DNA from: Candidatus Heimdallarchaeota archaeon
GTDB lineage: Archaea; Asgardarchaeota; Heimdallarchaeia; Hodarchaeales; Hodarchaeaceae
NCBI GenBank assembly: GCA_020353515.1
Contig: CP070695.1
Coordinates: 3,488,050 to 3,552,049, forward strand
Direction of reading: 5' to 3'
Length of the DNA: 64,000 nt
Both the position numbers and the translations under genes were made by a program. This document shows, piece by piece, positions 1-8,750 of the stretch. The notes beneath the pieces are model-generated. The model did not search any database. It was not told the DNA's origin and saw nothing but the letters and a program-made list of their open reading frames with translations. The first letter of the stretch is position 1. Each line of letters opens with the position of its first letter.

Positions 1-865
1 CAAACTCACCAACTGAGGTTGTTGTTTCTACAGGTCTATACCATCTTTTTGCTGCTCCAACTTTGGCTCTAGCACGCCAACCACGGTTCTTGGGAATATT
101 TTCAAAGTAATTTAGCATTTCATCTATCTTTGTTCCTATGTCATCTCGTTGCTCATCTGAAAGCTCAGTAAATTCTGGTAAAACATTCTTTATATTAGTT
201 AGATTTGTGGTTGCTGTGTGATAAAAACCCCAGGCATACCCTCCTTTTCGAAAATACTCGTCACCTATATGTTTAATATTTATTGTTTCTGGTGTATCAT
301 CATAACCAATCTTATGCGCCAGTAATAACATTATTGTATCAGCGACATCTTTATAATTCATGAAAACTATCTGAGTTTTTCCTAAGAGAAGCTCTGCTGG
401 AGGAAGAGTTGGGGAGTCTAATTTTAATCGCTTAAGATCTAATTCTATATCATGATTAAATTTTATTTTACCATAGAAACAATCAACAAACCACCAATTT
501 TTTGGATGAAGGTAAATTTTTCGTTGACTAGTAGCCATTGACAATGTTGTCTTTCTTTTGAAATAACCCATTTTCGCCATGAATTTATCCATTTTACCTC
601 TATGTTTCATAGCGATTGCTCCATCAATATCTGTAATTTCGCTCACATTTTCACCCAATCGCTTCAATCGTACATATAAATCTTCCAAATTATGTGGTTG
701 ACAATGAAGACGAATCGCTAAACCACCTACTAATCGAAAATGAACGCCAATCTCTTCAGCCTGTGTGACTAGTTTTGTTGCTTCTTCAATAAATACGTTT
801 AGAGGAATAATTCCTCCCCATTCTTCAGGTAAATCAATAGGGACACCTTCTTTCTCTTGTAACAA
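1..865 (-). CDS. Nucleotidyltransferase-superfamily protein (partial, runs off left edge; absent from ORF track)
   Basis: Manual translation from TTG at 865 (SD AGGAGG at 875-880): MLQEKEGVPIDLPEEWGG...FRLVGGLAIRLH...ITDIDGAI..., open to position 2. GG...DxD is the pol-beta NTase signature. Confidence 0.7.
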   Translation of the reverse strand, partial: MLQEKEGVPIDLPEEWGGIIPLNVFIEEATKLVTQAEEIGVHFRLVGGLAIRLHCQPHNLEDLYVRLKRLGENVSEITDIDGAIAMKHRGKMDKFMAKMGYFKRKTTLSMATSQRKIYLHPKNWWFVDCFYGKIKFNHDIELDLKRLKLDSPTLPPAELLLGKTQIVFMNYKDVADTIMLLLAHKIGYDDTPETINIKHIGDEYFRKGGYAWGFYHTATTNLTNIKNVLPEFTELSDEQRDDIGTKIDEMLNYFENIPKNRGWRARAKVGAAKRWYRPVETTTSVGEF

Positions 866-1021
866 GTTTATTTTCCTCCTAATTCAAATCATCAATAATG
901 AATTCAATCTTGACTTAATAAATTGTTCGAGCTACTTCTCACAATATAAGAATTCTAATGATAAATGTCAAAGTTCTTCGATTTCTATTAAAAACACAAA
1001 TCGTCGTTATATCTTGAAGTA

Positions 1022-2770
1022 TCAAATTATTTCTCCTTGAACAACTTTCTTTTCGTTTGGAGTAATAATATAAAGTGAAAAAACACCCTCATCTATACAT
1101 TTTTTTAATAATTGAATTTCCTTATGAATAGTGATAATTTGATTAAAATATTGAGAAATTTTTGCTTCTGAAGTTGAATCTAGAAGATTTTCACACCAAT
1201 CATTACCTTCTCTTAAATGTCTATAAAACCATCTAAAATTTTGAAATTTCATCTCTCGTGGATATTTAAATTTGATATTGTTATCCAGTAATAATTTGCT
1301 TATTTTATCCTTTAATTCTTCGCTTTTATCCTGAAACCTATGGTAAATCTTCCCCAAGGTAAATAATTTATCTATATCTGATTGAAATTCCATCTCTCTA
1401 ATAATTTTTTCATATTCATTGAATTGAAGAAGTTTGGACAATTTATTACGATATTCTATGCTCCCTGTATCAGAATCAGAGATTAGGGGAATTCGAATTA
1501 AACTAACGTAAGCTTTATCAAAATCCTTACTTGTTACAAATTGTTTTGTATAAACAGCATGACGTAGCCACCATTCAATAAATGACGATTGCAATAGACC
1601 AGCAATAGCATTTAAAGATAAAATTTCCTCTGAATAATTTGGAATGATATTGATTACCGTTTCAAATGTTAGAACGACTCCTTCCCGATCTACCCAAGTT
1701 TTTATGTCTAAAGAATGTTTTGGTTTCGTGTGGTATGAAATTATTCTCTGAGCAATAATTTTGGGGGTTTTCTGTCTCATAAATCTCTTTCTCGGGGTAT
1801 TCAGCTTTAAAAAACTACGAGGGGGTAATAAAAATCCTGGAGCTATATTTACTTTCTCTATTAGAGGATTAAATCCTTTTTCTACTCGATATTTGCTGGT
1901 TAATCCTCGGAAAGCGACCACATCTAAAAATTCATACTTATCACTGTAAAGACGATGAATAATCTTTAATTCTGGATCACTTACTCCCACCAGAAAGTTA
2001 TCTACCATTAAAGCCTCTGAATATGATATGGTACTCATCTGACCAAAATTTTTTTCAATTGGATTCCAAATTCCAGTTTGATATTCTTGATTTTTTGAAT
2101 CTACAATTCCTTTTTTTATAATTATTGCACATTGTTCTTGTAATTGACCAGAGAATTGATTCCCAAGATCAAGAACTTCAACTAACTGATATTCGGTTAA
2201 AAGAATTTTCCTAAACTCACTCCATCTTTTTGAATAAATAATAGGTTTTGGCAAGAGAAAACAGAGGATACCATCTGGTCTTAATAGATTAAGTGATTGT
2301 AATGTAAAAAATACTGAACTTTCAGAATAAATTAGAGAATTATTACCAAAATGGCAGTTTTTTCGAATTCGGATCCATTCGAGTTGTGAATAGAGAGCGT
2401 TATGAGGGGGATTACCAATAATTATATCGAAATTATTCGGTAAGTCTGAAGGAAAATTTAGAAGAAAATCACCCTGAAAAATCTTAATTTTGTAAGAAGC
2501 CTTTTCAACTAATTGAGTTAATTCCTTTTTAGCTATCTTAATCAGAGATGCATCGATGTCAATTCCGTAAAAATTTGTATTTGAAACAAATGAGGAAATC
2601 TGTGGAATCAATGTATAAAAAAAAACTCCCTTACCGATTGCTGGATCTAATACAGATATCTGTCTTGATTTGTTTTGGGGAATTAGATGTATAATTCGTT
2701 CTAAAATTGCTTGTACTAAGGTTTTAGGAGTAAAAAATTGTCCTTTTGATTTCCTTTGTAGATCTTGAAT
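1022..2770 (-). CDS. Gamma-class N6-adenine DNA methyltransferase (Eco57I/TaqI-like); true start lies upstream of the ORF-track call at 2611
   Basis: Frame is open upstream of 2611 and encodes RKSKGQFFTP (motif X) and VLDPAIGKGVF (motif I). Also YGIDID, GDFL, IIGNPPH (motif IV variant) and a TaqI-like C-terminal region. Start codon uncertain. Confidence 0.8.
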   Translation of the reverse strand: MQDLQRKSKGQFFTPKTLVQAILERIIHLIPQNKSRQISVLDPAIGKGVFFYTLIPQISSFVSNTNFYGIDIDASLIKIAKKELTQLVEKASYKIKIFQGDFLLNFPSDLPNNFDIIIGNPPHNALYSQLEWIRIRKNCHFGNNSLIYSESSVFFTLQSLNLLRPDGILCFLLPKPIIYSKRWSEFRKILLTEYQLVEVLDLGNQFSGQLQEQCAIIIKKGIVDSKNQEYQTGIWNPIEKNFGQMSTISYSEALMVDNFLVGVSDPELKIIHRLYSDKYEFLDVVAFRGLTSKYRVEKGFNPLIEKVNIAPGFLLPPRSFLKLNTPRKRFMRQKTPKIIAQRIISYHTKPKHSLDIKTWVDREGVVLTFETVINIIPNYSEEILSLNAIAGLLQSSFIEWWLRHAVYTKQFVTSKDFDKAYVSLIRIPLISDSDTGSIEYRNKLSKLLQFNEYEKIIREMEFQSDIDKLFTLGKIYHRFQDKSEELKDKISKLLLDNNIKFKYPREMKFQNFRWFYRHLREGNDWCENLLDSTSEAKISQYFNQIITIHKEIQLLKKCIDEGVFSLYIITPNEKKVVQGEII

Positions 2771-2784
2771 TTTTTTCCCAACCT

Positions 2785-4743
2785 CTAAATCTCTAGCTCC
2801 TCCAACTGTCTTTGAAGAGCGTAAGCTGTATATGTTTTCCCCGTAAGAACATTCCCACTTATGATTATGAAACGATGATCATTATGACGTATTAAATTTA
2901 CAATATCCTGAATTTTTGTGTTAAAATTCGGTTGACGTGATGAGATTCGAATTAAATCATATTCTTTAGGTGTTGATAGAGCTTTTGGATAAGTCTGAAG
3001 TAAATCCTGATAGCGTCGAAAAATGGAAAGATCAGCATCACTCTTTTTAATAGATGACTTCTCTTGGTCACGAGCGTATAAGTTAAGCTTAACCTCGTCC
3101 TCTGTGGCATTCATATTAATGTATAATGGCCGATATTTTCTAAATTTATCGCCTAATGACTCTCTGTGATTTGGATGAGCAGGCATATTAAAATTTGTAC
3201 CATCAAAAATCACAATGAAATTTTTTCGAAGAAGACAAAGAACAAGCCATTTAGCCAAAGAGTAAGTATGTTCATTCTCCCATCTTATATACTCTGGTGA
3301 ACCATTACGATATAGTTTTCTGATGTGATCTGTTGAAACTACACGTACTTTTCGTGTGATGCGCGTTGTGCATTGAGATAATATTCTTTTTAGATTGTCA
3401 AAGATAGGGAAGAGAGTGCGTTTTTGGTTGATTTGAGGATTAATTTCGACTCTTTCACGAAGAATTTCCAAACAAAATCCAATAAACTCTCTTTGAGAAG
3501 CATACTTCTTATTTATCTCTAGATATTGAATAATATCATCACCATTCACTACAAGAGTGTCTAGTTCGATGGGAGGGTGTATCTTAGCTCTTTCTAGAAT
3601 ATCTGATTTGAGTTCCTTTGTTAATCGTTTTCCTTTACGTACTACTTTTTCTTTAGCTTCATAAAACATTATGTAATCGGATAAATAATCTGGTTTGATT
3701 GAATGTTGAAATTTTCTTATAGAATAATTTCTATCTTCAGTTTTTTCCATTATAGAATAAGGAAGAGGAAGTAAGTGTATTGATAAGATATGTGTTACAT
3801 TTGTTATTTCTTTATTAGAAAATTTCATTCGTTTCATAAGCTCTTGAATGCAGACTTCTTGGAATGGAGGGAAAATTTTCTTTGATGTTTTCTCTAATAT
3901 AGGTAATTGATGAATCAATGTAGCGAAGCGTAATCTAGGTGAGGATTCCTTTGGAAGTTTAGAAATGATTTTCATGGTTAGCTTTATTCTGTTTGTCTTG
4001 AGTTCAGGAAGAATATTTTGGAATTCATCAAAACTGAATTCAGGAATTAGTTGATATAATAACCCACTTTCTTCTAATAGCAAGATAGATTTCTGAAAAA
4101 AAGCTCCGTGTAATAATTTCTGAAATTCTGTGTGTATTCGCTCCTTAGCTACCTTTTCAAACACTTCAAAATGGTGAGGAATTGCATTAAGGGTTTTCTG
4201 CTCAATATCAAATCCTAGTTGGGACACAAATCTAAAAATTCTGAGCAAACGGAGTCCATCTTCCTGTAAACGGTCATGTGGATCGCATACCATTCTAATG
4301 GTTTTTGTTTTTATATCATCAATACCATTAAAGGGGTCTGAAATTACACCACTAATAGGATCATATGCAATAGCATTTATTGTGAGATCACGTCGAGATA
4401 AATCTTCAATGATATCTTTCACAAAATGAACCTCTACAGGTCTTCGGCCATCTATATAATCTCCTTCCTTTCTAAAAGTCGTTACTTCAATTGCTATATC
4501 ATTATATAGGATAGTGACCGTTCCATGTATAATTCCTGTAGGTATAACGCGAAAATTTTTATTAAAAAGATTGGTTACTTCAGAAGGTCTGGCATCCGTT
4601 GCTATATCCCAATCTTCGGGGGTAATATCCCCCTGAATTATGTCACGAATGGATCCACCAACAATAAAAGCTTGGAATCCATGGTTAGTTAGTATTTGGC
4701 AAACGTTGATTATTTCTTTTGGTAAACGATCCTTTACCAACAT
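2785..4743 (-). CDS. cca: Class II CCA-adding enzyme (tRNA nucleotidyltransferase) with C-terminal P-loop kinase domain
   Basis: FIVGGSIRD, DWDIATD, EVTTFR, DLSRRDLTINAIA, EDGLRLLR and ERI class II motifs. The last ~190 aa contain STDHIRK, VIFDGTN and GNVLTGKT. Confidence 0.9.
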   Translation of the reverse strand: MLVKDRLPKEIINVCQILTNHGFQAFIVGGSIRDIIQGDITPEDWDIATDARPSEVTNLFNKNFRVIPTGIIHGTVTILYNDIAIEVTTFRKEGDYIDGRRPVEVHFVKDIIEDLSRRDLTINAIAYDPISGVISDPFNGIDDIKTKTIRMVCDPHDRLQEDGLRLLRIFRFVSQLGFDIEQKTLNAIPHHFEVFEKVAKERIHTEFQKLLHGAFFQKSILLLEESGLLYQLIPEFSFDEFQNILPELKTNRIKLTMKIISKLPKESSPRLRFATLIHQLPILEKTSKKIFPPFQEVCIQELMKRMKFSNKEITNVTHILSIHLLPLPYSIMEKTEDRNYSIRKFQHSIKPDYLSDYIMFYEAKEKVVRKGKRLTKELKSDILERAKIHPPIELDTLVVNGDDIIQYLEINKKYASQREFIGFCLEILRERVEINPQINQKRTLFPIFDNLKRILSQCTTRITRKVRVVSTDHIRKLYRNGSPEYIRWENEHTYSLAKWLVLCLLRKNFIVIFDGTNFNMPAHPNHRESLGDKFRKYRPLYINMNATEDEVKLNLYARDQEKSSIKKSDADLSIFRRYQDLLQTYPKALSTPKEYDLIRISSRQPNFNTKIQDIVNLIRHNDHRFIIISGNVLTGKTYTAYALQRQLEELEI

Positions 4744-4895
4744 TTAAAGAAACCCGACCAGGATTTTTTTTGTAAAAGGTCTTTTTAGATATTTTTAGTA
4801 AAAAGTTTTTAACAATTAGTAAGAAGTACTAATTATCTATAGAGTATATTACGAGTATAAAATCATCTAAAGAAGAATAACTTGAGTCAGCAGGT

Positions 4896-7484
4896 ATGAA
4901 CCAGTTATATTCTAGTTTGAAGCCATATTATGAAAAATTTCTTATCAGGGGTAAATCTTATGGATTATCCTCTCATGAAATTCATGAAATGGCGCTAAAC
5001 CTGTTTATAAAACTTCTGGGTGTTATTATTCTCATATCATGTAATGGTAAGACTGAGGAAAACGGGAACTCTTTGATCAATTTACAAAAAACTAGAAAGT
5101 CAATTCATGAAATCTTATTTCAAAATGATTTACTAACTTCACAACTATTCCCAAATGGAATTCCTCCTATTTTGAATGAATTGCTTGAATTATCTCATCA
5201 AGAGATCCAATTCAAGGATTCTTTATCACCTAAAGAATGGGATACACTCATCGAGCTACTGTTAAAGCAACAATGGACTTTTGCTGAAGATTTTGATGAT
5301 ATTGTGAAAGAAACTCCAAATTCTCCAGGATTTTTATCATATTTTTATGAAAATGTTCTAAATGATTTTGAGAATTTTTTTCGTTTAACTCCTAAAATTT
5401 CTAAAAGGAAACATAAAGGGGTCTTTTATACTCCATGGCGAATAATTCGTGAAATTACTGATAAATGTCTCGATCACCATGTTACAATTAACTCTCATTC
5501 AAAAACAACCAAGAAACTAAGTCTGAAAATATTGGATCCGAGTTGCGGGACTGGTTCTTTTCTTGTCTACACTGCTGAAAGTATTTTTCGACGTCTATGT
5601 AATAGGAAAGAATCGTACAAAATTCATCCACATATGATTGTAAATAGAAATATATATGGTATTGATCTTTCTCAAAGCAGTTTAACTGTTGCCAAATTCC
5701 GACTATTATTTTGGATCCTAAATTTAAATTTAAATTCTATTGATTCACTTCCCACATGGTTGTTTAGAAATATTTGTGTTGGTAACAGTCTATTTGGTCT
5801 TTATAAAGAAAGAATTCAATATCCTTTGGATTATTCAACAGCTTTGAAGCGAATTAATAGATTTCTAGATTTTAAAAAACAACAGGACTTGGTTTTGAAA
5901 GAGAATTGGCTAGAGACAAGTTTTCAGGTAAAAGAGGCAAGAAAAAAGCCTCATTTAAAGAATTCACACCAAAAAGCAATTCAGAGAGCAGAGAAAAATC
6001 TTCTGCGTCTTGTAAATACTTTTTATCAGAATTGGTTGAGAAAACGCCTATATAACTATCCACGTCCAGCACCAATAAAAATGAAAGATTTAGAAATAGT
6101 TACTCCATTCCATTGGAGCATAGCTTTTCCTGAAGTGGTTCTTAAAGGTGGGTTTGATGTAGTAATAGGAAATCCTCCCTATGGAAGGTCAATTCTTAAC
6201 AAAATTGAGAAATCCATGCTTAAATTAATATATAAAGCATGTTCAGGTAAGAATCCAAAAAAATATAGCCTAAATGCCGCTAGTGCTTTCATTGAAAGGT
6301 CAATTACTGTTTTAAAACAAAACGGAACACTTGGTTTGATTGTGCCTTTTTCCATTCTGCGAGTTGAGGAATTCGAAACACTTCGGGAATTCATGTTAGA
6401 AAGAACTATGATCTGGAAAATTAATGATGAATCAGCAGCGTTCGCTGATGTTACTCTGGAAATGTGTTCCATATTCTTGACTAAAAGAGTTGAATCTGAT
6501 TATGAAGTTTCCATAAGTCCTCGACCGAATATTCATGCAGAATCGGCCGTTCCGATTAGTATTTTTAAAAAATATAATCGTTTCATGATCTATTATAACA
6601 AGTTATGGGACAAAACTGTAGGTCAAGGATTAGTCCTAGATGGTGTTGTTAGTGGTGATTACGGAATTGATCATCGAATTCTAAAAAAAGATTTGAGTTC
6701 AGAATTTTCTGATAAATATCCAATATGTTATTTACACTCAGGACGGAGTGTTGCAAAATTCGCATTAAATCCTAAATATTTTCAATGGTCAAAACCTCAT
6801 CCTACAAATGAGAGATTTTCTATTTATTTTCGAGAACCTCGACTTGTTAACACTGCTATTGGTAATCGATTCCGGGTTGCTTATAAACCAGAAAAAATTG
6901 TACCTGGTACTAATGTTTCAATTCTAGAAATTAATCCTTCATACCACTATTTCCCCATGTTAATTTTATTAAACTCTGATCTCATTAATTATCTTTTAAA
7001 GAGATATATTCTCAATTTTAGTCATTTAACGGTTTACCTTCACAAATATTATACTAAATTGATTCCTATCAAGTATCCACATGATTTTGAACAAGAATTT
7101 TCAACACTTGCTAGTTATCTCCTTTTTCTGAATCAGGCATACCTTTGTGGAAAACTAGCTCAGGATAAGCGAACAGATTATTTACTTAATTTAGCGAATT
7201 ATTTAGTTTATGATTTGTATTTTCCAGAAATTTTAGGGATTTCATCAAATTTAGCTGTTAATGTGGGAAAATACTTGAAATCTATAGATATAGAGTCCTT
7301 TCTGGATCTGATACTTTTTCAGGAATCTGAAACCGATCGGGAACGCTTATCATTAGTCATTTCTTCCAATTGGCAGATTATACAAAAGGTTACTAATCAA
7401 TTACGAAGAGATGAAGAAATACGTAAGCACAAAAAGACAATATTTAACCACAAAATTGTAAGACGTATATCTAAAGAGCTCTAA
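4896..7484 (+). CDS. Large gamma-class N6-adenine DNA methyltransferase (Eco57I-like)
   Basis: KRKHKGVFYTP, ILDPSCGTGSFL, IYGIDL, FHW..FPEV..GGFDVVIGNPPY. Confidence 0.85.
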   Translation: MNQLYSSLKPYYEKFLIRGKSYGLSSHEIHEMALNLFIKLLGVIILISCNGKTEENGNSLINLQKTRKSIHEILFQNDLLTSQLFPNGIPPILNELLELSHQEIQFKDSLSPKEWDTLIELLLKQQWTFAEDFDDIVKETPNSPGFLSYFYENVLNDFENFFRLTPKISKRKHKGVFYTPWRIIREITDKCLDHHVTINSHSKTTKKLSLKILDPSCGTGSFLVYTAESIFRRLCNRKESYKIHPHMIVNRNIYGIDLSQSSLTVAKFRLLFWILNLNLNSIDSLPTWLFRNICVGNSLFGLYKERIQYPLDYSTALKRINRFLDFKKQQDLVLKENWLETSFQVKEARKKPHLKNSHQKAIQRAEKNLLRLVNTFYQNWLRKRLYNYPRPAPIKMKDLEIVTPFHWSIAFPEVVLKGGFDVVIGNPPYGRSILNKIEKSMLKLIYKACSGKNPKKYSLNAASAFIERSITVLKQNGTLGLIVPFSILRVEEFETLREFMLERTMIWKINDESAAFADVTLEMCSIFLTKRVESDYEVSISPRPNIHAESAVPISIFKKYNRFMIYYNKLWDKTVGQGLVLDGVVSGDYGIDHRILKKDLSSEFSDKYPICYLHSGRSVAKFALNPKYFQWSKPHPTNERFSIYFREPRLVNTAIGNRFRVAYKPEKIVPGTNVSILEINPSYHYFPMLILLNSDLINYLLKRYILNFSHLTVYLHKYYTKLIPIKYPHDFEQEFSTLASYLLFLNQAYLCGKLAQDKRTDYLLNLANYLVYDLYFPEILGISSNLAVNVGKYLKSIDIESFLDLILFQESETDRERLSLVISSNWQIIQKVTNQLRRDEEIRKHKKTIFNHKIVRRISKEL

Positions 7485-7503
7485 TCAGACAATTACTTAC
7501 TAA

Positions 7504-8496
7504 GTGATCGAAATGGCTGAAGAAATCAAATTAGCATATGAGAGAATCAAAAATTATGTTAATAAAACACCAATTATGACCTCTCGTACCTTGAACAGAA
7601 TGATAGGGGCCAAATTATTCTTTAAATGTGAGAACTTCCAAAGAGGAGGAGCTTTTAAATGTCGTGGAGCATTTAATTCGTTACTCCAACTAGATTCAGA
7701 GATCAAAGAAAGAGGAATTATCGCTCACTCTTCTGGAAACCATGCCCAGGCTGTTGCATTAGCATCAAGAGAGCTAGGATGTAAAGCAACCATTGTTATG
7801 CCTAAAAATGCTCCTCAAATAAAAAAGGGAGCTACTCGTGAGTATGGCGCAACAATTGTGGAATGTGGAAATAATCCAGCTGATAGACAAGAAATGACAG
7901 ACTCCCTAATAGAACAAAATGGATTTTTCTTAATTCATCCATACAATTACTTACCCACAATTTACGGAGCAGGAACCGCAGCTTATGAGCTAATTAATGA
8001 AATTGATAATCTCGACATTGTACTTGCCCCAATTGGAGGGGGAGGACTTATTAGCGGAACTTCAATTGCAATAAAAGGTTTCAGTCCTAAAACAAAAGTT
8101 ATTGGAGTTGAACCAAAAAATGCTGATGATGCATTTCGCTCAGTTACAGATAATAAGTTGTACCCATCAATTAATCCTAATACAATAGCTGATGGTCTTC
8201 GAACTTCACTTGGAGAAATAACATTCAAAATAATAAAGAGTAATGTAACAGAGATAATAACAGTAAGTGAACTTCAAATTTTGAAATCAATGAGATTCAT
8301 ATGGGAACGTATGAAACTGGTGGTAGAACCTTCTGGAGCTGTTCCCCTAGCTGGAATTTTTGAGATGAGAAAAGACGACAGTGATTATCTTGAAGGAAAG
8401 CGAATAGGTATAATACTATCTGGTGGTAATATCGATATAACAGATTTCTTTACTCTTTTAGAAAAGGAAATCAAGATGAATTCGCCTAATAATTGA
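7504..8496 (+). CDS. PLP-dependent serine/threonine dehydratase (serine racemase-like)
   Basis: KCENFQRGGAFKCRGA, SSGNHAQ, PIGGGGL, EPSGA, SGGN. Confidence 0.9.
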   Translation: MIEMAEEIKLAYERIKNYVNKTPIMTSRTLNRMIGAKLFFKCENFQRGGAFKCRGAFNSLLQLDSEIKERGIIAHSSGNHAQAVALASRELGCKATIVMPKNAPQIKKGATREYGATIVECGNNPADRQEMTDSLIEQNGFFLIHPYNYLPTIYGAGTAAYELINEIDNLDIVLAPIGGGGLISGTSIAIKGFSPKTKVIGVEPKNADDAFRSVTDNKLYPSINPNTIADGLRTSLGEITFKIIKSNVTEIITVSELQILKSMRFIWERMKLVVEPSGAVPLAGIFEMRKDDSDYLEGKRIGIILSGGNIDITDFFTLLEKEIKMNSPNN

Positions 8497-8750
8497 AAGG
8501 GAGAGAGATAATTTAACCTTTAACATTTGGAACAAATGATTTAGGGCGGAATGGGGATTATTCGATCCAATTTTCAAAATTCATACATCCAAAATAATTG
8601 CTTCATCTTAGAATTTACAAACCTTAATAGAGAAACATCGTTATTCGATTATCATAATACTTCACAGAGTATGGTTATAGATATTTCATTATGCCTTGAA
8701 AATATGCTATAAAGGTTTTAACATTCCCTCTTTATTGAAAGGAATTTCTA

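Noticed and set aside
765-1040. 91-aa plus-strand ORF
   Set aside because: Antisense overlap with the NTase start and MTase end; no motif.
2779-2790. Stop-codon readthrough fusing cca to the methyltransferase
   Set aside because: Would need both TAG readthrough and a frameshift; simpler explanations exist.
8535-8580. TTCGATCC resembling a tRNA T-loop
   Set aside because: No acceptor, D or anticodon stems can be formed around it.
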